Below, piece by piece: positions 17,708-27,598 of a stretch of DNA of 55,134 nucleotides. Source of the DNA: a virus (Duplodnaviria; Caudoviricetes). The notes under the pieces were generated by a model. It was given only the letters and a program-made list of their open reading frames with translations. It ran no database searches and was not told the DNA's origin. The stretch covers positions 1 through 55,134 of the IMG/VR virus record IMGVR_UViG_3300032294_001470; one strand, written 5' to 3'. Position 1 is the first letter of the stretch, and each line of letters begins with the position of its first letter. The position numbers and the translations under genes are program-made.

Positions 17708-18091
17708 ATGAAAGAACTAGTACTAGTTAGAGGAATTCCCGGGTCAGGAAAATCGACCTTCGCAAAATTAATCTGTAACCAATATGTCGAAGCCGATATG
17801 TTTTTTAACATTGAGGGTGAATATATGTTTGACCCAACAAAATTAAAAGAAGCTCACGAATGGTGTAGAAATAAGACCGAAGAGTGGATGAAACAAGATT
17901 GGAATGTTGCGGTTTCAAACACTTTCACCCAAGAGTGGGAAATGGAACCATATTTTGAACTAGCAAAAAAATATGGATATAGAGTCCATTCTATAATTGT
18001 TGAGAATAGACATGGCGGAGAGAATCAACATGGGGTCCCTGAAGATAAATTAACTCAAATGGTCGATAGATTTAACATTAAACTAAAATAA
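17708..18091 (+). CDS. P-loop kinase (AAA_33 / polynucleotide-kinase-like)
   Basis: Walker A RGIPGSGKST; EAD; AHEWC; VSNTF; HGVP. Confidence 0.88.
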   Translation: MKELVLVRGIPGSGKSTFAKLICNQYVEADMFFNIEGEYMFDPTKLKEAHEWCRNKTEEWMKQDWNVAVSNTFTQEWEMEPYFELAKKYGYRVHSIIVENRHGGENQHGVPEDKLTQMVDRFNIKLK

Positions 18092-18101
18092 AAAATAAAA
18101 T

Positions 18102-18323
18102 ATGCAAACATTAATTTTTGACACATCTAAAAAAACAATTCGATTACTAGATGGTTCTCGAGGTAGCTCTAAAGAAATAGAAACTTTCGAGAGAATAAAA
18201 ACGGTAAAGGTTTTAGTGAGTTGTTATGAAGCAATTCAAATACCACTTGAACCACATCTAAACCCAATGCCGGTTTTAAGAGTTCCGATATCTAACACTA
18301 ATATGGTAATCATAAATGAATAA
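18102..18323 (+). CDS. Hypothetical protein
   Basis: 73-aa ORF in operon. Confidence 0.7.
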   Translation: MQTLIFDTSKKTIRLLDGSRGSSKEIETFERIKTVKVLVSCYEAIQIPLEPHLNPMPVLRVPISNTNMVIINE

Positions 18324-18357
18324 TATGAAATAACCATATTCGGAGACTAACTAAAAT

Positions 18358-18388
18358 AAAATTCTCATCCTTTGATGAGAATTTTTTT
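18358..18388 (+). terminator. Intrinsic terminator
   Basis: AAAATTCTCATC/GATGAGAATTTT hairpin plus T-run. Confidence 0.7.
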
Positions 18389-18421
18389 ATGGGTTTGAAA
18401 AAATTTTATTATATTTGCATT

Positions 18422-19462
18422 ATGAATGAATTTATAAGGACTTTGGAAAAATATTATGAAGATGGTTTGTTATATAAACAAACACATCCGACATTACCAT
18501 TAACCATATGGAACTACACACCAAAAGTTCAATACGAAAACACTTGGGATGAGATAACTTTACAATGCCGTGGTTTAGTTACCGATGACAATGGAAATGT
18601 TGTTGCAAGACCATTTAAAAAATTCTTCAACATCGAAGAAGGGAAACACACTCCAACATCAGAATTTGAGGTTTATGAGAAAATGGATGGTAGTTGTATC
18701 ATATTATTTAACTATAACGATGAATGGGTATTTGCCACTCGTGGGTCATTCACCTCTGACCAATCAAAAAAGGCGTATGAATTCGCAGAAAAATACCCAA
18801 TAGAGATTTTAGATAAAAATAACACATACCTTTTTGAAATTTTATTCAAAAATAATAGGATAGTTGTAGATTATGGTGATTACGAAGGTCTAGTATTGCT
18901 CGGAGCATTTAATACAAAAACAGGTAAAGAAATTGAATATTCCGAACTTAAAAAAATTGATGGTTTTGAATTAGTTCGAAACTACGACGGAATTGAGGAT
19001 TATACAAAATTAAAATCTTTGATTGACAATAACGCAGAAGGATTTGTTATTCGATTCTCAAATGGTGATAGAATGAAAATTAAAGGTGAGGAATATTTGA
19101 GACTCCACAAAATAATGACCAATGTTTCAACTACAGGAATATGGGAAATGTTATCCAATGGTGACAATGTTAATGAATTATTGAAAGATGTTCCGGATGA
19201 GTTTTACAAAAAAATTCAAAACTATGTTAGAGATTTAAAATATAACTATGTTCAAATATCTGAGATGGCCGGAAAACTTCACGATGGGTTCCGTTATGGT
19301 AAATATAACGATGTAGACCCGGAACCAACAAAAAAAGAATTTGCAGAATTCGTATTTAAACAACAAAAAGTATTACATCCTGTGATGTTTGCAATGTGGG
19401 ACAAAAAAAAATATGATAAAATAATTTGGAATATATTGAAACCGGAATTTTCAAAACTTTAA
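18422..19462 (+). CDS. RNA ligase (T4 Rnl1/RnlA-like)
   Basis: CRGLV, RPFKKFFN, motif I EKMDGS, ATRGSF, NRIVVDY, EGFV, RMKIKGEEY. Start moved to ATG 18422 after TATATTTG. Confidence 0.9.
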   Translation: MNEFIRTLEKYYEDGLLYKQTHPTLPLTIWNYTPKVQYENTWDEITLQCRGLVTDDNGNVVARPFKKFFNIEEGKHTPTSEFEVYEKMDGSCIILFNYNDEWVFATRGSFTSDQSKKAYEFAEKYPIEILDKNNTYLFEILFKNNRIVVDYGDYEGLVLLGAFNTKTGKEIEYSELKKIDGFELVRNYDGIEDYTKLKSLIDNNAEGFVIRFSNGDRMKIKGEEYLRLHKIMTNVSTTGIWEMLSNGDNVNELLKDVPDEFYKKIQNYVRDLKYNYVQISEMAGKLHDGFRYGKYNDVDPEPTKKEFAEFVFKQQKVLHPVMFAMWDKKKYDKIIWNILKPEFSKL

Positions 19463-19466
19463 CACC

Positions 19467-19673
19467 ATGAAAGAGAGATTAAATAAAATTTATGAAAAAA
19501 ATGTAAGTGAAACTTATGTTATCGATAAAGAAGGAGTTGTCAAATCGATGGAAGATGCTTATAATTTAGGTATCACTGATGTTTTTAAATGGTTATCAAA
19601 CATGGATTATCTAACGGATAACATGCAATACATAATTGATGAATGGAACAATCAAAATAATACCGAAATATGA
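19467..19673 (+). CDS. Hypothetical protein
   Basis: 68 aa in operon. Confidence 0.7.
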   Translation: MKERLNKIYEKNVSETYVIDKEGVVKSMEDAYNLGITDVFKWLSNMDYLTDNMQYIIDEWNNQNNTEI

Positions 19674-19840
19674 CAAACGAGGAAAGAATTGAAGAAATAA
19701 TTTTTGAAATCCATAGATTGGGTAAAAAAGAGCCCTTTTTTGAGTTAATTAAAGTATTATATGCTGATTATCTAAAAAAAGATAGGATTGATGTTTATGA
19801 AATGGCATACAAAATCATTAAAAATAACGAAAAAAAATAA
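19670..19840 (+). CDS. Small hypothetical protein (56 aa, not in ORF track)
   Basis: MTNEERIEEIIFEIHRLGKK...; ATGA overlap with previous stop; fills the gap. Confidence 0.65.
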   Translation: MTNEERIEEIIFEIHRLGKKEPFFELIKVLYADYLKKDRIDVYEMAYKIIKNNEKK

Positions 19841-19846
19841 ATAAGA

Positions 19847-20161
19847 ATGGATAAGATTATTATTGAAAAAATGGAAACTTGTTCTTTAGTTAGACAAGGT
19901 TCGGAATCCTCAGGTCATGGTGCTTTTGGAGAATCTGAAGTTTACAATTATAACTATGTTATAATCAATGGTCATCAGGAAAAAATATATAAAGGTATGT
20001 ATATCGTCCATGATGGTAAGAATGTCTATGATACAGGTCATGTGTCACATATGAAAGACAATTTGAGAAGATTATTGGATGAAGAGTATGAAGTGAAATT
20101 AAAAGAAGAAAGAAGACAAAATTATTTAAAACTTAAAAAAGAATTTGAACATGAAAAATAG
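19847..20161 (+). CDS. Hypothetical protein
   Basis: 104 aa. Confidence 0.7.
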   Translation: MDKIIIEKMETCSLVRQGSESSGHGAFGESEVYNYNYVIINGHQEKIYKGMYIVHDGKNVYDTGHVSHMKDNLRRLLDEEYEVKLKEERRQNYLKLKKEFEHEK

Positions 20162-20324
20162 GAAAGAAATTAGGCGTTACTGCCAATTAATTGCGGAGAT
20201 TAACTCAACCCATTGGTCAATCGATAATAGTGAATATCGTGCGGATACCATAAAATTCGAAGAAAAACTTACCTTGTTAGAAAATGAGTTGGAAACAATA
20301 TTAAAAAAATTAGTTCAAGAATAA
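20151..20324 (+). CDS. Small hypothetical protein (57 aa, not in ORF track)
   Basis: MKNRKEIRRYCQL...; TAATG-coupled to next gene. Confidence 0.6.
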   Translation: MKNRKEIRRYCQLIAEINSTHWSIDNSEYRADTIKFEEKLTLLENELETILKKLVQE

Positions 20325-20614
20325 TGATAACATTTATTAAAAATAATTTTGGAGAACTTTTAATCTCATGTCTTGTTATAATGGTTATTGCCACATTTGT
20401 GGTAAATTTATATTATCGAGAAAGTAAAATTGTAAATGGTGTTGTCCTTGAGCATGGTGTCACCTCAGATAAATATGGTGATAGGACTTATATCACAATT
20501 ATTAAAACTGATGATGGTTTTATTGAGGAAAAAACTGGTTTAAACTGGTATGTAACACCAATTAATCAGAATGTTAAGGTTGAAGTTTATAGATGGAAAA
20601 AAATAAAATTATGA
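20324..20614 (+). CDS. Membrane-anchored hypothetical protein
   Basis: N-terminal TM helix, beta-rich C-terminus. Confidence 0.7.
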   Translation: MITFIKNNFGELLISCLVIMVIATFVVNLYYRESKIVNGVVLEHGVTSDKYGDRTYITIIKTDDGFIEEKTGLNWYVTPINQNVKVEVYRWKKIKL

Positions 20615-21033
20615 AGATATTATCAATAATAATAATTATTTGTCTTATAATCCTTAACTTTATTTCTGTGGAAGATTGTCCGTGTAATAGAGTTCATCAT
20701 CCCTCAAGACTAGTTTTATTAGATAGTAGTAAGGTATTAGTGGGTAAAGTAGATAAAGTAGAATCAGATATTGATGGTGATATACATATAAGATTAAAGA
20801 TAGGTGATAGTTCATTATTGGTAAAAAATAACTATAAAGATGAAAATGGGTGTATGGTGGGAGAAATTGTATGTGCGGTTCCATCGATATTCACGGTTTG
20901 TTGGTTTTATAAAAATAAAATTACAATCCCAAAAAAAGGTGATAGTATAGAAATAGAAGGGCCTTATGTTTTTGATAAAACCCATGAGATAACAGAAATA
21001 CACCCTATAATGAATTTAAAAATTATTAAATAA
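20593..21033 (+). CDS. Exported OB-fold-like protein
   Basis: Hydrophobic N-terminus; DGDIHIRL, EIVC, G.YV.D..H...EIHP motifs. Confidence 0.6.
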   Translation: MEKNKIMKILSIIIIICLIILNFISVEDCPCNRVHHPSRLVLLDSSKVLVGKVDKVESDIDGDIHIRLKIGDSSLLVKNNYKDENGCMVGEIVCAVPSIFTVCWFYKNKITIPKKGDSIEIEGPYVFDKTHEITEIHPIMNLKIIK

Positions 21034-22328
21034 TGAATAAATTAGATAAAGATTATCAAGCACTACTTCAAGACATTCTTGATAATGGTATAAATAAAAC
21101 AGATAGAACAGGAACTGGGACTATATCAGTATTTGGTAGACAAATTAGACATAACATGAGAGATGGGTTTCCGTTGTTAACTACCAAGAAAATGGCATTT
21201 AAGACAATGGTAACTGAGTTACTATGGTTCCTTCGTGGTGATACAAACATTAAGTTCCTTGTTGATAATGGTTGTCATATTTGGGATGGTGATTGTTTCT
21301 CTAATTACCAAAAACAAATGCATAAGATAATGATGAATAATATCAAATATGAAAAAGGGTTTGATACAACGGTATTGAATGAAAGAACAGATGGTTTTTG
21401 GTCTTATGAAGAATTCATAAACAAAATAAAAACAGATGATGAGTTTGCTAAAAAGTGGGGTGAGCTAGGTTCAATTTATGGTAAGCAATGGAGAAATTGG
21501 AAAGGATTTGAACAAGGTTATAACACCATTTATAATGAAGAATTTATTGGTTCAGATAAAACTCAATTAAAAGATACCAAAGGTATAGACCAAATTCAAA
21601 ACTTAATCAACGACCTTAAAATAAATCCAGACTCAAGACGATTAATGGTTAATGCTTGGAATGTTGGAGAATTAGACCAAATGGTTCTTCCACCTTGTCA
21701 TTATGGATTTCAAGTTTATACAAGAGAGTTGAGTATGAGTGAGAAGGAACTTTGGTATAAAAATAACAATGTCAACCCAAACTCACCCTGGTATCCAACC
21801 TTCCCAACCAGAGCAATATCTTTAATGTATAATGCTAGAAGTCAAGATGTTCCATTAGGAACTCCATTCAATATCGCATCATATGCCTTACTATTAGAAA
21901 TAATTGCAAAGATGGTTAATATGGTTCCTGACGAATTGATTACAAATATGGGTGATTGTCATATTTACTCAAATCAAATTGATGGAATTAAAGAACAAAT
22001 TGGTAGAGATTATACATTAGAGGAACGACTTAATATGGTTTCTGAGGAAATACAAAAAGAATTTAGTAGTGGTATAGTTAATTTACCTAATTTTCCAAAC
22101 ACTCCAGTTTGGAGTGATGGTGGGAAAATGTCCTGTTTAGATGATTTTGGAGTGCCTCGTAGAACAAGAGAACCATATCCATTACCAAAGTTAGTTCATA
22201 TGAAAACAGATGATTTTTATAAATCATTGTCAAATGATTTAAGTTTGTTAACACATTTGGATAATACTGATTTTGTTGTTGAAAATTATCAATCACACCC
22301 ATCTATAAAAATGCCGCTATCAAATTAA
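21033..22328 (+). CDS. thyA: Thymidylate synthase (with insertions)
   Basis: DRTGTGT, FPLLTTKK, ELLWFL, YGKQWR, DSRR, LPPCH, RSQD..LG.PFN, GDCHIY. Confidence 0.96.
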   Translation: MNKLDKDYQALLQDILDNGINKTDRTGTGTISVFGRQIRHNMRDGFPLLTTKKMAFKTMVTELLWFLRGDTNIKFLVDNGCHIWDGDCFSNYQKQMHKIMMNNIKYEKGFDTTVLNERTDGFWSYEEFINKIKTDDEFAKKWGELGSIYGKQWRNWKGFEQGYNTIYNEEFIGSDKTQLKDTKGIDQIQNLINDLKINPDSRRLMVNAWNVGELDQMVLPPCHYGFQVYTRELSMSEKELWYKNNNVNPNSPWYPTFPTRAISLMYNARSQDVPLGTPFNIASYALLLEIIAKMVNMVPDELITNMGDCHIYSNQIDGIKEQIGRDYTLEERLNMVSEEIQKEFSSGIVNLPNFPNTPVWSDGGKMSCLDDFGVPRRTREPYPLPKLVHMKTDDFYKSLSNDLSLLTHLDNTDFVVENYQSHPSIKMPLSN

Positions 22329-22331
22329 ATT

Positions 22332-22526
22332 ATGAAAACAGAAGAACAGATTAAAAAAAAGTATAAGGAGATGTTAGAACATACAAAACTCCTAACAGAT
22401 AAATACCAGAACCCAAACAATCACGATGATGTCAATGTCAACAATATTCAAGAACATATACGAAATGCAAATGAACAATTTAGCATGAACTCGTTAATCG
22501 AATGGGTTTTAGATATTAAAAAATAA
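22332..22526 (+). CDS. Hypothetical protein
   Basis: 64 aa. Confidence 0.65.
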   Translation: MKTEEQIKKKYKEMLEHTKLLTDKYQNPNNHDDVNVNNIQEHIRNANEQFSMNSLIEWVLDIKK

Positions 22527-22543
22527 AAAAAAAATAAAAAAAT

Positions 22544-22780
22544 ATGGAAAATTACAAAGGAGATTATTATAATCCTGAAACATTTGAAAAAACAGAAATC
22601 GAAACTAAAATACCTAATTATTTGGTGACACATATTAAAGAATCGCTAGACAAATTAGAAGAACATTTTGTCACACCTATTTTAATCAATCCCGAAGACA
22701 CATCTGTTGTTTTTGGTGTTATGAATAATGAAAATAAATTAAAATATAGAATAGTAATTACACCAACATTATCAAATTAA
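22544..22780 (+). CDS. Hypothetical protein
   Basis: 78 aa. Confidence 0.65.
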   Translation: MENYKGDYYNPETFEKTEIETKIPNYLVTHIKESLDKLEEHFVTPILINPEDTSVVFGVMNNENKLKYRIVITPTLSN

Positions 22781-22808
22781 ATCATTATATAAAAAACACA
22801 AAAATTAC

Positions 22809-25217
22809 ATGAAATACATCTTAAATTTAGACAATGTGTCTTTGAAAGACATTAATATTGTTGGAGGAAAAAACGCATCATTAGGTGAAATGTTACAACA
22901 CCTAAAAAAATTAGAAATTAAAGTCCCTAATGGATTTGCAATAACTATTGATGGTTATTATGACTTCATAAAACATAATAACTTAGATAAACCAATCAGA
23001 GAACTTATTGGGAATCTAAAAGAAAATGACATTATTGAGCTTAGAAGAACCGGTTTAACGGTAAGACAATTAATTCGTAATGGAGTTTTTCCTGAACAAT
23101 TAAAAAACGAAATACAAACAAAATATCGTGAGTTGTCCGAAATTTATGGTCAAACAATGACTGATGTTGCGGTGAGGTCATCGGCAACTGCAGAAGATTT
23201 GCCCGATGCTTCTTTTGCGGGTCAACAAGAGACTTTCTTAAATGTTAGAGGTTCGGAATCAATCTTAGAATCAGTTAGAAATTGTTTTGCGTCTTTGTTC
23301 ACCGATAGAGCCATTTCATATAGAAATTCTTTTGGTTATGACCATTTCGATGTTGGGTTGTCGGTATGTATCCAAAAAATGGTCCGGTCAGATTTATCTT
23401 CATCCGGAGTCGCATTTTCATTAGACACAGAAAGTGGGTTTAAAGATGTTGTTATGATTAATGGTTCATATGGTTTAGGAGAAATGATAGTTCAAGGAAC
23501 AATATCACCAGATGAATTTATTGTTTTTAAACCATTATTGGAAAAAGGTTTTAGTTCCATAATTGAAAAAAAATTAGGGAATAAAGACCAAAAAATGATT
23601 TATGGTGAAGACCACGGCAAGTTAACCAAAATCGTTAATATTGATGATGAACATAGAAACAATTTTTGTATTAACGATAAACAAGTATTAGAAATCGCAA
23701 AATGGGTTACATCAATTGAAAAATACTACTCAGAATTAAAAGGACATTGGTGTCCAATGGATGTGGAATGGGCGATTGACGGATTAACTAATGAGTTATA
23801 TATTGTTCAGGCTAGACCTGAAACAATCCACTCAAGGAAAAAAAGAGATATATTAACCGAATATACAATTAATACTGAAAATTTAAAACCTATTGTTAAA
23901 GGTAGTGCTGTTGGAGATAAAATCACTAATGGAGAAGTAACTATTATGTATTCATTAGATGGTAGAGACGGGTCGTTAGATTGTTCTGAATTTGTTGAGG
24001 GAAGTGTCTTAGTAACTGATATGACAGACCCTGATTGGGAACCTATAATGAAAAAAGCGTCTGCGATTATAACAAATCGAGGAGGTAGGACATGTCACGC
24101 AGCGATTGTTGCAAGAGAAATGGGATTACCGGCAATTGTTGGAACAATGAATGCTACGGAAATATTAAAAAATAATCAAAAGGTGACGGTATCTTGTGGA
24201 GAAGGAGATGTTGGTTTTGTATATGATGGTTTCATTGATTATGAGAAAATTGAAACAAATTTGGACGATTTACCTGAAGTTTCAACACCAATTATGTTGA
24301 ATGTTGCATCTCCCGAAATCGCATTTAAGTTTTCAAATCTTCCAAACGCAGGTGTTGGTTTGGCAAGAGAAGAATTCATAATAAATAACTATATAAAAGC
24401 ACATCCAATGGCTTTATTAAAACATAAAGAAATTGGAGATGAGGAATTAACAAAACAAATTAATTCAATTATTAAAGGGTATGATGATGAAGAAACTTTC
24501 TTCATTAAAAAATTAAGTTATGGTATTGCAAGAATTGCCGCAGCGTTTTACCCCAATAAAGTTATTGTTAGACTTTCAGACTTTAAATCAAATGAATATA
24601 AAAATCTTTTAGGTGGGTCGTATTTTGAACCGGATGAAGAAAACCCAATGATTGGTTGGAGAGGAGCATCAAGATACTATTCCGACAAATATAAAGAAGC
24701 TTTTGGTATGGAAATTAAGGCAATAAAAAGAGTTAGGGAAAAAATGGGATTTGATAATGTCGTTGTTATGATACCTTTTTGTAGGACCATAGATGAGTTA
24801 TTGAAAGTTTATAAGGTTATGGAATCTTATGGGTTAAAACGAGGTGAGAAAGGGTTAGAAGTTTATTTAATGGCCGAATTACCATCAAACATTTTTATGG
24901 CGGAAGAATTTTCAGAATATGTGGACGGATTCTCAATTGGGTCAAACGATTTAACACAATTAGTGTTAGGTTTAGATAGGGATTCCGCACTTGTTTCTCC
25001 AATTTACGATGAAAGAAATCTTGCGGTTAAAAGAGCGATATCTCATTTAATAAAAATTGGAAAGAAAACAAATACGAAAGTTGGAATTTGTGGTCAAGGT
25101 CCGTCTGATTTCCCTGATTTCGCAGAATTCTTGGTAGAAGAAGGTATTGATAGTATCTCAATAACACCGGATTCATTATTAAAAACATTAAAAACTTTAA
25201 GTAAATTAAAAAAATAA
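22809..25217 (+). CDS. ppsA: Phosphoenolpyruvate synthase (pyruvate, water dikinase)
   Basis: VGGKNASLGEM, VAVRSSATAEDLPDASFAGQQET, QARPET, GGRTCHAAIVARE (phospho-His), ENPMIGWRG, FSIGSNDLTQ, GICGQ. Confidence 0.97.
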   Translation: MKYILNLDNVSLKDINIVGGKNASLGEMLQHLKKLEIKVPNGFAITIDGYYDFIKHNNLDKPIRELIGNLKENDIIELRRTGLTVRQLIRNGVFPEQLKNEIQTKYRELSEIYGQTMTDVAVRSSATAEDLPDASFAGQQETFLNVRGSESILESVRNCFASLFTDRAISYRNSFGYDHFDVGLSVCIQKMVRSDLSSSGVAFSLDTESGFKDVVMINGSYGLGEMIVQGTISPDEFIVFKPLLEKGFSSIIEKKLGNKDQKMIYGEDHGKLTKIVNIDDEHRNNFCINDKQVLEIAKWVTSIEKYYSELKGHWCPMDVEWAIDGLTNELYIVQARPETIHSRKKRDILTEYTINTENLKPIVKGSAVGDKITNGEVTIMYSLDGRDGSLDCSEFVEGSVLVTDMTDPDWEPIMKKASAIITNRGGRTCHAAIVAREMGLPAIVGTMNATEILKNNQKVTVSCGEGDVGFVYDGFIDYEKIETNLDDLPEVSTPIMLNVASPEIAFKFSNLPNAGVGLAREEFIINNYIKAHPMALLKHKEIGDEELTKQINSIIKGYDDEETFFIKKLSYGIARIAAAFYPNKVIVRLSDFKSNEYKNLLGGSYFEPDEENPMIGWRGASRYYSDKYKEAFGMEIKAIKRVREKMGFDNVVVMIPFCRTIDELLKVYKVMESYGLKRGEKGLEVYLMAELPSNIFMAEEFSEYVDGFSIGSNDLTQLVLGLDRDSALVSPIYDERNLAVKRAISHLIKIGKKTNTKVGICGQGPSDFPDFAEFLVEEGIDSISITPDSLLKTLKTLSKLKK

Positions 25218-25408
25218 TTTCAATTTTATTAATTTTATTCGTTATGGGCTCGTGTTCAAAAGACGAGCTCATACCCAATAAGATTACCAGTAAAATCAAA
25301 CAAACTGAGGTTAAACCTAAAGATACTCTTAAACCAAAGAAGAAAAAGTTCAGACTTTTTAGAAAAAAGAAATGTAAAGTTTCACAAGTTTCTCCGCAAA
25401 TCTCCTAA
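25205..25408 (+). pseudogene. Lipoprotein-like ORF lacking ATG (ATT start or start-loss)
   Basis: Frame reads IKKIISILLILFVMGS-CSKDELIP... to TAA 25408; classic signal peptide II; first codon ATT. Confidence 0.5.
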
Positions 25409-25964
25409 CATATCGATTAACTGAATCTAATTCAGGTTCCATATTTTTAGAATCCATATAACTCAAAATTCCTTGCACCATTTTATCTTTGGATTTGTTG
25501 GCCATATCTAACATTTCCTCATATTCTTCATTATCTTCTTGGTTTGTTCCATAATTCATGTCAATCCATTCTTTACCCGAAAATAAGAATGGTGAAGATG
25601 AATGCATGTTAACAACTCGACTTTCTCTAACTTTATTCAAAAATTCTCTAAAAAATCTCCAATCAAAATGGTCAAATATTTCGGGATTTTCCGAAAAATA
25701 ATCTATTCGAGAATCTCCAACTTTTGATTCTTTAATTTGACTATCAGCAACTTTAACCCAACTATCGGTTACACTAATTAATGCTAAACTAGACCCGTTA
25801 TCCCACTTAACTTCGATAATTTTTCCATCTTCCTCAAATGGGTCACGACCTACTTTAGTGACAACTCCTTCAACTCCCATTGGAACTCCAGTCTCTCCAT
25901 CCATATGAAGACACATTACTCTATCACCTTTAACTAATTCAGGATTTAATTCTCTTTTTGACAT
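25359..25964 (-). CDS. DUF4314-like N-terminal domain protein
   Basis: GDRV...M...VP.G..G.V...VKWDNGSSLAL...D motif. Confidence 0.65.
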   Translation of the reverse strand: MSKRELNPELVKGDRVMCLHMDGETGVPMGVEGVVTKVGRDPFEEDGKIIEVKWDNGSSLALISVTDSWVKVADSQIKESKVGDSRIDYFSENPEIFDHFDWRFFREFLNKVRESRVVNMHSSSPFLFSGKEWIDMNYGTNQEDNEEYEEMLDMANKSKDKMVQGILSYMDSKNMEPELDSVNRYVRRFAEKLVKLYISFF

Positions 25965-25996
25965 ATAAATAAATTATTCAATATATTTATAAATAT

Positions 25997-26617
25997 ATGG
26001 AATTTTTAATTAACGAATCTCAATTGAGAGTTATCTTACAAGAACAAGACCAGTCAAAAATGACTGACTATATGAAAGAATTATATTCATTCACGAGTAA
26101 TATCATCAATAAAGTTAGAAAAACATACGGATTAAATTTGAAGTTGTTACTAACTTGGGGGGCATCGGTTGGTGGTTTAGTGATGCCATTAGATAATTTT
26201 ATCAGAAGTGGTAGGTTTGATATCACGGATGAACAAGTGGCGTTACTTTTGGTTGGGGTTGCTTGCACATATTTCTACGACAATGAAAACGCATTAAAAA
26301 AGATTTTATCGAAAATAAAAGAAGAGGGTCTTGAGGATATTTTTAAAGAAGTTCTATTAAAAGGTAAAAATCTTAAGGATTCGTTCACCAAATTCATTAA
26401 ATCTTCTAAAGTTACCATAAATTCAACTTTGGATATCATAACATATGCGTTTTTGATTCCAATAATAACGGACATTCAGTCTTCAATTACTTCCGGGGAA
26501 GATATCCAAACAGTATCAATGAAAGTCGCCAAAAGATTGGTTGCTTCGGGAGTTGTCTTGGTTGGTCAGGTCGTTTTAACTGAAATTATAAAAAAAATTA
26601 TCAAGAAACTTTCCTAA
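25997..26617 (+). CDS. Hypothetical protein with 'INESQL' leader and hydrophobic helices
   Basis: 206 aa; ATATTTAT directly upstream. Confidence 0.8.
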   Translation: MEFLINESQLRVILQEQDQSKMTDYMKELYSFTSNIINKVRKTYGLNLKLLLTWGASVGGLVMPLDNFIRSGRFDITDEQVALLLVGVACTYFYDNENALKKILSKIKEEGLEDIFKEVLLKGKNLKDSFTKFIKSSKVTINSTLDIITYAFLIPIITDIQSSITSGEDIQTVSMKVAKRLVASGVVLVGQVVLTEIIKKIIKKLS

Positions 26618-27582
26618 GATAATTCAAGGATTCGTTTAATAACTTTCTCAACATCTTTTGGTGATAAGTTATGTTTTGAGTAATTCTTTACAAACCATCC
26701 TCTAATCACATCTTCGAGTGGTTTTCTTTCTTTTTGAGCTCTTCTTATAAATCCCGCCAATTGAGCCTCTAATTCGTGTTTTTGGGTATAATATTCTAAA
26801 GAGTTTTCAGGTTCATATTCCGGGAATTCCTCTCCTCTATCCAATTGAGACATATGTTCTATCTCATGTCTAACTAACTCATTGAGTTCAAAATGTAATT
26901 CTTCTAAAATTTCTCGGTCGAGATTTGGATTGGAGACTATTTCAATCAATATAATATCTTCATCTGGGTAATATTCACCATCAACTTCAACGGTCTCAAC
27001 ATCTTCACTTGTATTTAATGTTAATTCGATTGAAAACGGACTATAAAGTTTAGGACTCGTATAAACCGTTTCATTACTAATATCTTCAGGTAAAACATAT
27101 TCTCCTTCTTTTTGGTATTTAACCACAGACATAATATCTTTAACTACTTTTCTTACGATATTGTCGTATCTTCCTTCATTAATAAAACTTTCATTAATTT
27201 CGCTCTTTAAATTATTAACCACTTTATCACAAAAAATGTGATTTTCGATATTAAAAAAATTTAGTAAATTATATAAATTATTACTTACTCGTGAAATCAC
27301 TTGAAAAAGTGTAGTATCGGTAGTTGTTAATGTTTTTTCATTTCCTCCGATTGACTCAAAAATACGATTTAGGATTTTAGAACTAACTCTGCCCGCGCTC
27401 TCAAGATATAAGGTATATTCGATAACATTTTGCCAATCACCAACAACTATCAATTTACGGGTTCCTGTAAGTTTAATTTTATAATTAATCACTTCCTCTT
27501 CATAGTAAGGAGACTCTATCGTAAAATTGTGTACTTTAAGAAAATTATTAATTCGTTCTATTGGGAAATTTATTGGCTCCAT
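26614..27582 (-). CDS. Putative zincin metallopeptidase-like protein
   Basis: RHEIEHMSQ (HExxH) followed by YY...E.EA. Confidence 0.65.
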   Translation of the reverse strand: MEPINFPIERINNFLKVHNFTIESPYYEEEVINYKIKLTGTRKLIVVGDWQNVIEYTLYLESAGRVSSKILNRIFESIGGNEKTLTTTDTTLFQVISRVSNNLYNLLNFFNIENHIFCDKVVNNLKSEINESFINEGRYDNIVRKVVKDIMSVVKYQKEGEYVLPEDISNETVYTSPKLYSPFSIELTLNTSEDVETVEVDGEYYPDEDIILIEIVSNPNLDREILEELHFELNELVRHEIEHMSQLDRGEEFPEYEPENSLEYYTQKHELEAQLAGFIRRAQKERKPLEDVIRGWFVKNYSKHNLSPKDVEKVIKRILELS

Positions 27583-27598
27583 AATCTATAAATATCCC

